From positions 1-29,734 of IMG/VR virus record IMGVR_UViG_3300012667_000279: 29,734 bases of DNA, one strand, 5' to 3'. Of the stretch, positions 17,652 through 26,430 are shown one piece after another. Origin of the DNA: a virus. Lineage: Duplodnaviria; Caudoviricetes. A program made the position numbers and the translations under genes. The notes beneath the pieces are model-generated. The model did not search any database, was not told the DNA's origin, and saw only the letters and a list, made by a program, of their open reading frames with translations. Numbering within the stretch: position 1 is the first letter of the stretch; each line of letters begins with the position of its first letter.

Positions 17652-18563
17652 ATGGCAATTACAATTGGCGGTACATACGCAGGTGAATTAGCACTACCTT
17701 ACATTCACGCTGCTTTATTAAGTGGTGACACTTTGGCAAAAGGTTACGTTACCTTGAAAGAAAACGTAAAATACAAAGCGGTTCTTAAGAAGTTGTCAAG
17801 CGGAAACTTGGTTCAAGATTTCACTTGTGATTTTTCGGATCCATCTCCATTGAGTTTGAACGAAGCAATCTTGGAAGTAACTGATTTGAAAGTTAATTTG
17901 GAAGTTTGTAAAACTGAGTTCGCAAAGGATTGGGAAGCAATGGCTACAGGTCGTGGATTTATCAACGATGTAATCCCTGCTAACTTCGCAGATTTCTTGA
18001 TTGGTTACGCTGCATCTCAAGTTGCTCAAAACATCGAATTTACAATTTGGCAAGGTGATGTTACCGTAGGTTCTACTTATCCTGCATTTGATGGATTGGA
18101 AAAGAAAATCAAAGCGGTTACAACTTCAACTGAAACTGATTGGGCTACAATGGACATTGATAATGTTCTTGAGAATATTCAATCAGTTTTGGCTTTGTTG
18201 CCTGAGGCTTTGATTGGTAACCCTGATACAAAGGTTTATATGAACCGCGCTACTGCTCAGTTGTATCGTCAAAGAATCGCGAGAGAAGGTTATGCTTTCG
18301 AATACAACGCATTCAAAGAGTTCAATATGCAAGTTGATGGATATGACATTTATGTTTGTCCAGGTATGACTACAGGAACTATCATTGCTTCTAAAGTTGA
18401 CAACTTGTTTGTTGGTGTTGATGCCAATAGCGACTTCGCTGAAGTTAAAGTTGTAGATATGTCTTTGACTGATGCTTCTGACCAAGTACGTATGGCAATG
18501 CGTTTCCGTGTAGGTACTCAAGTTGCTTTCGGAACTGATGTTGCTATCGGTTACATCGACTAA
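17652..18563 (+). CDS. major capsid protein
   Basis: 303 aa after protease and scaffold, followed by a terminator; IWQGD...FDG segment. Confidence 0.8.
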   Translation: MAITIGGTYAGELALPYIHAALLSGDTLAKGYVTLKENVKYKAVLKKLSSGNLVQDFTCDFSDPSPLSLNEAILEVTDLKVNLEVCKTEFAKDWEAMATGRGFINDVIPANFADFLIGYAASQVAQNIEFTIWQGDVTVGSTYPAFDGLEKKIKAVTTSTETDWATMDIDNVLENIQSVLALLPEALIGNPDTKVYMNRATAQLYRQRIAREGYAFEYNAFKEFNMQVDGYDIYVCPGMTTGTIIASKVDNLFVGVDANSDFAEVKVVDMSLTDASDQVRMAMRFRVGTQVAFGTDVAIGYID

Positions 18564-18579
18564 TAAATAAACACAAGTA

Positions 18580-18612
18580 AAAAGGTGGGGGAATAAGTCC
18601 CCTGCCTTTTAT
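18580..18612 (+). terminator. intrinsic terminator after the capsid gene
   Basis: AAAAGGTGGGGGA-ataag-TCCCCTGCCTTTT, a 13-bp stem with two G-U pairs. Confidence 0.8.
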
Positions 18613-18641
18613 TGTAAATAATAACAATAAAAAATAATAAT

Positions 18642-19193
18642 ATGGCTTGTGAATTAACCGCAGGATTTGCATTAGATTGCAAAGAGGGTGTAGGTGGTAT
18701 TAAGGCTATCTTCTTGGCAAGTATGCCTGCCTTTTATGAAGGTGGTGTAGTTACTATTGATGCCACTTCTCAAGAAGTTGATGGATTACCAACTGCATCA
18801 GTTTATCAGTACGTACTTCCAAAGCATACTGGTTCCTTTACCGAAGAGGTACAAAGTTCGGTTGAAAATGGAACTATTTTCTACACTCAAACCGTTACCG
18901 CTACTTTCTTTAAGTTGACTGCTGCACGTAGAAAACAACTTGAGTTAGTTGCTAAAAATCGTCTTGTTGTTTTTGTACAAGATAACAACAATAATCTTTG
19001 GTTGGTTGGTAAGGTTGATGGCGCAGAAGTTACTGCAGCATCTACTGCAACTGGAACTGCTAAAGGTGACCTTAACGGGTATACAATTACTCTAACTGCT
19101 GAAGAAGCGAATAAAGCTTATCGTTTGGAATCTTATAATACAGAACCATTTGATAACTTCTCGACTATTTCAGTAGTTTACGGAAGTCTTTAA
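18642..19193 (+). CDS. major tail tube protein
   Basis: 183 aa, beta-rich (MAC..T.G...DC...VGGIK; SVENGTIFYTQ; DLNGYTITL). Confidence 0.65.
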   Translation: MACELTAGFALDCKEGVGGIKAIFLASMPAFYEGGVVTIDATSQEVDGLPTASVYQYVLPKHTGSFTEEVQSSVENGTIFYTQTVTATFFKLTAARRKQLELVAKNRLVVFVQDNNNNLWLVGKVDGAEVTAASTATGTAKGDLNGYTITLTAEEANKAYRLESYNTEPFDNFSTISVVYGSL

Positions 19194-19211
19194 TTTATAT
19201 TTGTTTAAAGG

Positions 19212-19619
19212 ATGAATTACCTTCAAACGAATACCGCATCGCAAACCCTTCTCCTTTCTTTAAAGGAGGGGGTTTTGCTTTTTGATACAACGTATACGGA
19301 TTACTTACTTGTAATTCAAAACGAAATTACATTAGAAACTTACTATGTTATCCCCACTCAAATCAGCGAGAACGATAGGGTCACGACTTTGTCAATTAGT
19401 ACAAATGACGATGATCCAACTAATGGTTCTATCTATGTTGTTAATGGTGGGCGGTATAACTTCATTATATATGGTCAAAACTCAACTACAAATCTTGACC
19501 CACAAAACGCGGTTGTGGTTGGTGAGATTAAAAGAGGGTTTATCCAAATGGAAACATTGATAAACTATTACGACCAACCTAATATTATAATTCCAAGTGA
19601 CATCGAATACAATGGATAA
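19212..19619 (+). CDS. putative virion structural protein (head closure?)
   Basis: 135 aa, between tail tube and portal; TATATTTG 8 nt upstream. Confidence 0.5.
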   Translation: MNYLQTNTASQTLLLSLKEGVLLFDTTYTDYLLVIQNEITLETYYVIPTQISENDRVTTLSISTNDDDPTNGSIYVVNGGRYNFIIYGQNSTTNLDPQNAVVVGEIKRGFIQMETLINYYDQPNIIIPSDIEYNG

Positions 19620-21630
19620 AAACAAATCAATCGTTGACAGGTTTAGCGCAACTCAAGTTGAGTTAGCCAAGTACGTTAAAATCGAGCCTATTGAGTTTGA
19701 AGATAGGAAAGGTTGGGTGGCTTATGGTGAAGGTAATCACTTCCCTCAATACTTGATTGAACTATATAACACCTCACCGGTACACGGTGCGCTCGTAAAT
19801 AGTATCGCGTTTATGATTGCAGGAAAAGAATTTACTGCTGCATCACAAGTAACCTTGCGCGAGATTCAACGATTGAAGTTAGATAAGGTCTTGCATTCAA
19901 CTGCGTTAGATTTAAAGTTACACGGTGGATTCTATTGGGAAGTTATTTGGTCAATGGACAGAAGCACTATTGCACAAATAAACCACTTGCCATACGAGAA
20001 CTGCCGATTGGCTTGTTCCGATGACAATGACGATGTGACTGGTGTTTGGTATTCACGCGATTGGAGTGATACACGTAAGAAGAAAAACAACCCTCATTAC
20101 ATTCCATTTTTTGACATAAATACCAAAGAGGAAAACCCGAAACAAGTAATGTTTCAACATTCGATGATGGTTGGAAGTGAGTATTATCCAAAGCCTGACT
20201 ACATCGGTGCGATAAATGAGATTGAAAAACTACGTCAATTAAGCGAATATCAAGTTAACTTAATTCTAAATGGATTCTTTCCTTCGTTAATTGCATCATT
20301 TAACAACGGAATTCCGACACTTGAAGAGCAACGAATGATTAAAAATCAGTTGCAACAATCTATTCAAGGTGCTGAAAACGCAGGAAAGGTATTGACATTC
20401 TTTAACGAGGAACGTGACCGAGGTGTAGAGTTCACCGCGTTTCCTGTAGCAGATATGGATAAGCAATTTGAGTCGCTTGTAACACCTGCTATTGAGCAAA
20501 TATTAGTAAGTCACCGCGTTACTTCACCGCTTCTTTTTGGTGTGCGTGATGGTGGCGGTTTAGGTAGTAACACCGATGAAATGAAGATAGCCTTTAGGTT
20601 GTTTTCTAAACAAGTAATTGATCCATTCCAAAGAATTATTTGTGATGGTGTAGATATGTTGTTACGTGCTATCGGTGTGCCTCAAGGTGCTGAAATAGTT
20701 GAGAATGATTTGTTCGAAGAAGATGTTGTTGTAAATGGCAACATATCACCAAGCCAGGACATCGCAAGTCAAGCATTGAATGGAGCGCAGATTTCCTCTT
20801 TACTTGAAATTATTACGCAAACAACTGCGAATGTGTTGACTTCAACAAGTGCGAAGGCTATAACTAAAGCGGCTTTCCCGATGTTATCGGATGTTGAAAT
20901 CAATAACATTTTTGATAACTTAAGTAGTGTTCAATTACAACCTGCGGATGTATTGCAATCATCCGAAAAAAAAAAAGTTAAGCACGAACACAAAGAAGTT
21001 TCTAAAGTCTGTTGTTCATCAAACGATGATTTCACGGATGAAGAAGGAAAGCAATTCCTAAAGCAACTTGCCGAGTGTGGTGAGTTGATTGATTTAGACG
21101 AATGGGAACTTGTTGAAGAATGTGAGGTTGGTGATTACGATACTGAAGAAAACTTTACCAAAGTAAATCAGGCGCTCGATTCATATGCTGACCCTGACCA
21201 AAAGAGTAAACTTGATGCAGGACTTTATAAGGTGCGTTATCGTTATTCCACTTGGATAAGTGAAAAGTCACGCGAGTTTTGTCGTGAAATGGTACGACTT
21301 TCGAAGGGTGGAATTGTTTGGAGATACGAGGATATTCAGGAAATGAGTTCCGCAGGTGTTAACGGACAATTTGCTGAACAAGGAAAAACAACGTACAATA
21401 TCTTCCGTTATAAAGGCGGTGTTAATTGTCATCATTTTTGGATGCGTGCAATTTACAAACGTAAAAGGCAAGGCGGTAAATTCTTACCTAACGAAGGGAT
21501 GGATAATGAGGTAAAGATAGCGGTAAGAAAAGCGGAGAAAGAAGGCTTTTCGCCACTTGACACAACGGTAGGTTATCAGGATGCAAAGAAACCGATGAAG
21601 GACTTTCCAAATGGCGGTAGAATAAACTAA
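19612..21630 (+). CDS. portal protein fused to a C-terminal MuF/head-morphogenesis-like domain
   Basis: YGEGNHFPQYLIELYNTSPVH, YYPKPDY, NGFFPS, GAENAGK and ILVSHRVTSPLLFG portal motifs; C-terminal SREFC...GGVNCHHFW; likely start ATG 19612. Confidence 0.85.
   Translation: MDKNKSIVDRFSATQVELAKYVKIEPIEFEDRKGWVAYGEGNHFPQYLIELYNTSPVHGALVNSIAFMIAGKEFTAASQVTLREIQRLKLDKVLHSTALDLKLHGGFYWEVIWSMDRSTIAQINHLPYENCRLACSDDNDDVTGVWYSRDWSDTRKKKNNPHYIPFFDINTKEENPKQVMFQHSMMVGSEYYPKPDYIGAINEIEKLRQLSEYQVNLILNGFFPSLIASFNNGIPTLEEQRMIKNQLQQSIQGAENAGKVLTFFNEERDRGVEFTAFPVADMDKQFESLVTPAIEQILVSHRVTSPLLFGVRDGGGLGSNTDEMKIAFRLFSKQVIDPFQRIICDGVDMLLRAIGVPQGAEIVENDLFEEDVVVNGNISPSQDIASQALNGAQISSLLEIITQTTANVLTSTSAKAITKAAFPMLSDVEINNIFDNLSSVQLQPADVLQSSEKKKVKHEHKEVSKVCCSSNDDFTDEEGKQFLKQLAECGELIDLDEWELVEECEVGDYDTEENFTKVNQALDSYADPDQKSKLDAGLYKVRYRYSTWISEKSREFCREMVRLSKGGIVWRYEDIQEMSSAGVNGQFAEQGKTTYNIFRYKGGVNCHHFWMRAIYKRKRQGGKFLPNEGMDNEVKIAVRKAEKEGFSPLDTTVGYQDAKKPMKDFPNGGRIN
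20966..20981 (+). other. A11 slippery run with immediate -1-frame stop
   Basis: GAA AAA AAA AAA GTT AAG; the -1 frame reads AGT TAA. Confidence 0.55.
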
Positions 21631-21645
21631 AAAAAATTGTAAATT

Positions 21646-22221
21646 ATGGCAATCCCACAAGAAATACTTTTGATAAACGAAGAACTTTTAAAGAAGTACA
21701 CTCCGTTAACTGATGCAGTTGATCCGAACTTAATTCGTCCGTGTATTTACGTGGCGCAAGATATGTACTTACAAAACTTTTTGGGTACTAACTTGACCAA
21801 CAAATTGAAGGATGATGTTGCTAATGGCACTTTAGATAACCAGTACGAAACATTGTTAAATGAATATGTAATTAAGTTGCTTATTTGGTGGGTTATGGTT
21901 GAACTTTATCCATCGTTATTGTATAAACACGACAATGGAAACTTGGTAAGTAGACAAAGCGAAGACACAACACCTGTAACTAAAGGTGAAATGGAATCGT
22001 TAAAGGAAAAAGCGCGTGAGAATGCGAGGTTCTACACCAAGCGAATGGTTGATTATTTGCGTTTTAATACAAATCTTTTCCCTGAATATACCAACAATAC
22101 GGACAATAACATATTTCCTGATATGAATCCGTATGGAAAGAGTAACTTTTTGATTTCGGATAGTTATAAAACACAAAGACAAAGATGGTCAATTCAAAAC
22201 TTCCTACCACCTACGTATTGA
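21646..22221 (+). CDS. putative head-tail adaptor
   Basis: 191 aa, helical; AQDMYLQNFLGT and FPEY segments; follows the portal. Confidence 0.6.
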   Translation: MAIPQEILLINEELLKKYTPLTDAVDPNLIRPCIYVAQDMYLQNFLGTNLTNKLKDDVANGTLDNQYETLLNEYVIKLLIWWVMVELYPSLLYKHDNGNLVSRQSEDTTPVTKGEMESLKEKARENARFYTKRMVDYLRFNTNLFPEYTNNTDNNIFPDMNPYGKSNFLISDSYKTQRQRWSIQNFLPPTY

Positions 22222-22292
22222 AAAGAGAACAATACGAGAAAATGTTAAAAGTTTATCTTAAAAAACAACAAGCTAAAGTAAAAAAGAGTTGA
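22185..22292 (+). CDS. small basic peptide (35 aa, not in ORF track)
   Basis: MVNSKLPTTYVLKREQYEKMLKVYLKKQQAKVKKS*; its stop overlaps the holin TTG. Confidence 0.35.
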   Translation: MVNSKLPTTYVLKREQYEKMLKVYLKKQQAKVKKS

Positions 22293-22714
22293 AAGAGTTG
22301 ATGTTTTTGAAAGGTAAGATTTGGTTTTTTGCTTGTCTTGCGGTATTCCTACCCATCAAGGAACTGATGTTAACCATTGGTTTCCTTGTTGGTGCGGATA
22401 TGGTTGTTGGTATATGGAAGGCTTTAAAACTAAAGCAAAGAATCAGGTCACGCAGGATGTCCGATACTATCACAAAATTGTTGTTGTATCAAATTGCAAT
22501 AATGAGCGGATTTCTTATTGAGACTTTCATCATTAGTGAGTTGATTCCTATTACAAAATTGGTTTCTACTGTTGTAGCTGTAATCGAATTTAAGTCAATC
22601 ATTGAATCGATTGAGTCGGTTACTGGCAAAGACCTTTGGAGTAAGATTAAAACCATTATAGGTAGAAAGAGCGAAGATATAACCGATGCAATGACCGATG
22701 GAAAAGATAAGTAA
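22289..22714 (+). CDS. holin
   Basis: About 3 hydrophobic segments; D...GIWKA, I.SRRM..TI.K and EFKSI.E motifs; precedes the endolysin. Confidence 0.8.
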   Translation: MKELMFLKGKIWFFACLAVFLPIKELMLTIGFLVGADMVVGIWKALKLKQRIRSRRMSDTITKLLLYQIAIMSGFLIETFIISELIPITKLVSTVVAVIEFKSIIESIESVTGKDLWSKIKTIIGRKSEDITDAMTDGKDK

Positions 22715-23159
22715 ATATGTGACCTATAAAGAAGTCACAAAAAGCAACCAAGCAACTGCGTTAAAGTTGGCTAACATTCCAAACTCGGAACAACTTAATA
22801 ACTTACGTTTGGTATGTACTAAAATCTTTGATCCATTACGCGAACACTTCGGAATACCTATCGGTATAAGTAGCGGGTTTAGGTCGGTTGATTTAAATAG
22901 CAAAATCGGAGGGAGTAAATCATCACAACATTGTCAAGGAAAAGCATTAGATATTGATGGAGATATTTTCGGTGGCATAAGTAACAAATTAATTTTTGAA
23001 TATATTAGAAAAAGTTGTATTTTCGACCAACTTATTTGGGAGTTCGGTAGTGAGAATCATCCCGATTGGGTTCACGTAAGTTACAACGAGGGAAAGAACA
23101 GAGGTCAAGTTTTACGTGCTGTTAAAATTGGCGGAAAAACTGTTTACCAACCTTTCTAA
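22698..23159 (+). CDS. endolysin, peptidase M15 family
   Basis: SSGFRS..LN..IGGSKSSQHCQGKALD...WVHVSY Zn-peptidase motifs. Confidence 0.9.
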   Translation: MEKISKYVTYKEVTKSNQATALKLANIPNSEQLNNLRLVCTKIFDPLREHFGIPIGISSGFRSVDLNSKIGGSKSSQHCQGKALDIDGDIFGGISNKLIFEYIRKSCIFDQLIWEFGSENHPDWVHVSYNEGKNRGQVLRAVKIGGKTVYQPF

Positions 23160-23162
23160 AAT

Positions 23163-24152
23163 ATGTCAAAAGAATCACCAAAAACAAAGTTAGCGCGTGA
23201 AGTTCGCGCCAAGTTTCCTAACACACCAACTCTAACACTTGCAAAGAAGTTAAGCAAAGAACATTTCGAAACTTTTTTAGGTGTTGAAGATGCGCGTGAT
23301 ACGTTACGCAGGATTGAGGGCAAAGGTGGCGGCAGAATGCCAAAAGATAAATCATTGGTAATTGAGAAAGATAGACCACGCAATCCATTTAAACTTCCGA
23401 AGTCGTATGCCAAAGGTCGCAAACATATTGACGTAAAAGGCAAAAAGATTCTTATTTTGTCCGATGTGCATATTCCATACCACGACATCGATGCGTTATC
23501 GGTTGCCATTGAAACGGGATTGAGCGAAGGTGTAGATACGGTTATCTTGAATGGTGATGCGTTGGACTGTCATATGATTAGTGACTTTGTTAAGGATCCA
23601 AAGAAGCGCAAATTTAAGGACGAACTTTACGCAATGCGAACATTTGTTTACGAGTTACGCCAAACGTTTCCAAATGCTGAAATAATTTATAAAGAAGGCA
23701 ACCACGAAGAAAGGTATTGGAGATATATGCGCGTTAAAGCACCCGAACTATTCGACATTGATGCGTTTGATTTTGCTACACTTTGCCACTTGGATAAGTA
23801 CGACATCAAATGGATTGAAGGAAAGAACAAAATTAACATCGGTGGGTTGTCGTTATTTCACGGTCACGAGTTCGGTAAGCAGTTCTTACCTTCAGTAAAC
23901 GTAGCACGTGGGTTGTTTTTAAAGACAAAAGCAAATGCAATGTGTGGACATCATCACCAAACCGCAGAACATACCGAAAGAGATGTAAACGGAAAGGTCA
24001 TAACCTGTTGGGGTGTGGGTTGCTTAAGTGAGTTGAGTCCCGATTATAACCCTTATTCAAAATACAATCACGGATTCGCAATTATAACCAGAGGCAATGG
24101 AAAAGAATTTCACGTTAAGAATTATCGCGTTAATGACGGTCGCATTTATTAG
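23163..24152 (+). CDS. calcineurin-like metallophosphoesterase
   Basis: SDVH, NGDALD, GNHE, HGH and GHHH motifs; basic N-terminal extension. Confidence 0.9.
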   Translation: MSKESPKTKLAREVRAKFPNTPTLTLAKKLSKEHFETFLGVEDARDTLRRIEGKGGGRMPKDKSLVIEKDRPRNPFKLPKSYAKGRKHIDVKGKKILILSDVHIPYHDIDALSVAIETGLSEGVDTVILNGDALDCHMISDFVKDPKKRKFKDELYAMRTFVYELRQTFPNAEIIYKEGNHEERYWRYMRVKAPELFDIDAFDFATLCHLDKYDIKWIEGKNKINIGGLSLFHGHEFGKQFLPSVNVARGLFLKTKANAMCGHHHQTAEHTERDVNGKVITCWGVGCLSELSPDYNPYSKYNHGFAIITRGNGKEFHVKNYRVNDGRIY

Positions 24153-24405
24153 CGGCTTGTGTTGTAATTTTTGGAAAAATTCAGGCAAATCTACAGGGGT
24201 ACAAATTGTCCCTATGTACGATACAATAATTGTATTAAAGGCAACCATTGACACGTTGGAAGTGGAACGGATCAAAACAAAAACGATTTATGAGAAACAA
24301 ATTGATACTATTTATTTGCTTGATAGCATTGCCATTGATAGCGCATACGCAGGTGCAATTCAAAGGCTTCAGCAACTCGAAAGAACTGGATTCTTTAAGC
24401 ATTGA
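24097..24405 (+). CDS. spanin-like membrane protein
   Basis: N-terminal hydrophobic helix ending in CC, then a helical domain; overlaps the next gene. Confidence 0.45.
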   Translation: MEKNFTLRIIALMTVAFISGLCCNFWKNSGKSTGVQIVPMYDTIIVLKATIDTLEVERIKTKTIYEKQIDTIYLLDSIAIDSAYAGAIQRLQQLERTGFFKH

Positions 24406-24667
24406 ACGTAGGCTTGTTGTACTTGGTGTAAAGTCACTTGACTATTACGTTCATTTAAACGACATCAATAGTCGTATTATCCGTACACAAAGTGAGGTTA
24501 TTGTCTATAATGAGGGATATATAAGACAATTAGAGGGATTAAATAAGGGATTAAACGAGGGATTGAATGAGGAATTAAAAGCAAAAAAAAAGTGGCGCAA
24601 AGCCACTCTTTATTCAATCGGTTTAAATGCTATTTTTTTAGGCTCATTATACGTTTTAAGTAAATAG
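24290..24667 (+). CDS. spanin-like protein (signal peptide, coiled coil, C-terminal TM)
   Basis: MRNKLILFICLIALPLIAHTQ signal-like N-terminus; EGLNKGLNEGLNEEL coil; KKKWRK followed by a TM segment. Confidence 0.45.
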   Translation: MRNKLILFICLIALPLIAHTQVQFKGFSNSKELDSLSIERRLVVLGVKSLDYYVHLNDINSRIIRTQSEVIVYNEGYIRQLEGLNKGLNEGLNEELKAKKKWRKATLYSIGLNAIFLGSLYVLSK

Positions 24668-24842
24668 CCATGTCCAAGGCTTCTTCGTAAGCATGATGTA
24701 ACCATTCTTTCTCCGATAGGTTCGCCTTATCAACGGTTGTTCCGTATTTAGCCCTTCCCATTTTCTCACGTGAGATAAGGTCTGTGATGACTTCTTTATA
24801 GACATCGGACTGGCAGTTGTCGTAATCGTGTGTTATATTCAT
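24630..24842 (-). CDS. small MazG-like all-alpha NTP-pyrophosphatase-like protein
   Basis: R...G..KYG...WLHHAYEEALDMAIYL (EExxD). Confidence 0.55.
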   Translation of the reverse strand: MNITHDYDNCQSDVYKEVITDLISREKMGRAKYGTTVDKANLSEKEWLHHAYEEALDMAIYLKRIMSLKK

Positions 24843-25099
24843 TTTTTAAAGGTTTTTTCAAAATAATAATCTGCTGCGTTTGATATTTTTTTAAGTTCGG
24901 AATATGAAGGTTCATAGCATTCTGAATCATTGGACGAATTAAAACCAGCGACAAATGCCTCTTTTATTTCATCTTCAAATTGTTTTTGACAACTAATTAT
25001 TTCACCATCCAACTTGTATTTATATGGAGGGTCAAAAGTGAAATGATGTCTATTCATTGCCTCTTTAAACTTTCCTATCAATTCATTTAGTGAGTTCAT
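24839..25099 (-). CDS. hypothetical protein
   Basis: 86 aa; ATGA-coupled. Confidence 0.65.
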   Translation of the reverse strand: MNSLNELIGKFKEAMNRHHFTFDPPYKYKLDGEIISCQKQFEDEIKEAFVAGFNSSNDSECYEPSYSELKKISNAADYYFEKTFKK

Positions 25100-25443
25100 T
25101 CTATTTCAAGTTTTGGTTGGTTTTCTTTTGCATCTTGTATCAATTTAATCAGTTCGGGCAACATCCAGTATCCGTAGGTTGCCATTTCATAAGTGAAATC
25201 TTCAAGGTGTTTCGTGATGTCGGGTAAAGTAGCACCATCAGTTTCCCAAAGTGCGGTTATTGTCTTACCGTGTTCACGTTGAATCGACTCATTTAACCGC
25301 TTCATCAACATCTTCGTTTGGTGATTGTAAAACCATTTGATTGGTTCGCATTCATCACTCGCGTAAAGTGTCGCCTGTGTCCACATTAACAGGTTCAGCA
25401 CCTTGATTTTTTCAAGGTCAGATTTAGATAGTTTGTTGTTCAT
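25096..25443 (-). CDS. hypothetical protein
   Basis: 115 aa; ATGA-coupled. Confidence 0.7.
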   Translation of the reverse strand: MNNKLSKSDLEKIKVLNLLMWTQATLYASDECEPIKWFYNHQTKMLMKRLNESIQREHGKTITALWETDGATLPDITKHLEDFTYEMATYGYWMLPELIKLIQDAKENQPKLEIE

Positions 25444-25589
25444 AGTTCATCTTCAATTTCTTGTTTCAAAAGTTCCAAGGCATATCTTGCACCTTCAATA
25501 AACGCGAAGTATCGCGTGTTGTCCATTTGCTCACCGTTGTACATCGCGTACATTTCGGCTTTCATTTTAATCATTTTGTTTAGTTCCAT
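25440..25589 (-). CDS. small hypothetical protein (49 aa, not in ORF track)
   Basis: MELNKMIKMKAEMYAMYNG...FIEGARYALELL...; ATGA overlap. Confidence 0.6.
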   Translation of the reverse strand: MELNKMIKMKAEMYAMYNGEQMDNTRYFAFIEGARYALELLKQEIEDEL

Positions 25590-25594
25590 AGTTG

Positions 25595-25602
25595 CAAATA
25601 TA
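25595..25602 (-). promoter_or_regulatory. -7 promoter element
   Basis: TATATTTG 5 nt before ATG 25589. Confidence 0.55.
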
Positions 25603-26394
25603 TTAAAATAGTTTTAATTGTTTCATTGAAATGTAACCTTCCATTATTTTTTCTACATTGTCATCAATTATGTGAGCGAATTCAATCTCGCAAAATGTAC
25701 CGCAGTCAGGTACAATAGGTGGTTCGTGGTTGCCTTCATTTATTCCGAGTTCATCCAAAAATTTGTTTTTAATACAACTATGTCCTGCTATTCTTTCTGC
25801 TTTTGCCATTCGTTCAAATTGATTTGGAAAGTGTTTGCGAACGTGATTCCAATAACCTTTGCCACCTTTAACGCACCCAATACAATTATTGTTGTGAAAT
25901 CCTAACTCATACATTTTAGGTAATCGAATACCATTTAATAAAAGCAATTCAGCGCATTGTTGTTTTGTCATTTTTGCATCAATTAACGGATATAATGGTT
26001 TAGATTCTCCGTATTGTTGAGCAAATCGAATGGCGCGGTTTATTTCTTTTTTTGAATATTCAAAACCAAATATTTGTCCATCAAACTTGACTTCTTTTTC
26101 AATGGCTTTTCTAACATCCTTTTTAAGAACTTTGGTACACATTGCACCAGTTGGTGAGTTTACAAATTTGGCTTTTTCTACAACATCAAATTGATCTTTA
26201 TATTTAGCGCACCGTCTACGTTCAACAGTAACACCCAACCATTTTTCACAATCAGAAATAAATCGTTGATTGTCTTCGTGCGCGGAATCAATTTCGATAT
26301 AAAATAACCTTACATTGTCTTTTCCATATTCTTCGATGGCTAACTTACAAGCAATAGCAGAAGTTACACCACAACTAAACCATCCTATTTTCAT
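25603..26394 (-). CDS. PAPS-reductase-like PP-loop protein with putative Fe-S cysteines
   Basis: WFSCGVTSA PP-loop-like motif; CTKVLK, GF...E..R, YPL, NNNCIGCVKGG and DCGTFC. Confidence 0.75.
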   Translation of the reverse strand: MKIGWFSCGVTSAIACKLAIEEYGKDNVRLFYIEIDSAHEDNQRFISDCEKWLGVTVERRRCAKYKDQFDVVEKAKFVNSPTGAMCTKVLKKDVRKAIEKEVKFDGQIFGFEYSKKEINRAIRFAQQYGESKPLYPLIDAKMTKQQCAELLLLNGIRLPKMYELGFHNNNCIGCVKGGKGYWNHVRKHFPNQFERMAKAERIAGHSCIKNKFLDELGINEGNHEPPIVPDCGTFCEIEFAHIIDDNVEKIMEGYISMKQLKLF

Positions 26395-26398
26395 ATTT

Positions 26399-26430
26399 CA
26401 AATGTATTAAGCAAATGCATATTTTCCGAA
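26399..26430 (-). promoter_or_regulatory. promoter of the PP-loop gene
   Basis: TTCG-N20-TACATTTG, 4 nt before ATG 26394. Confidence 0.6.

Noticed and set aside
22140-22292. -1 frameshift extending the adaptor into the 35-aa basic ORF
   Set aside because: -1-frame stops at 22161 and 22167 follow the only T-run, and no convincing slippery heptamer lies in the remaining overlap.
2605-23509. Minus-strand ORFs within the rightward arm (e.g. 6955..7227, 8575..8880, 17182..17466, 18183..18521, 23156..23509)
   Set aside because: They are antisense shadows of well-supported genes, with composition typical of reverse frames.
25603-26394. cysH as an auxiliary sulfur-metabolism gene
   Set aside because: The PP-loop is degenerate (SCGVTS), the C-terminal motif differs from the canonical ECGLH, and no other sulfur genes are present.
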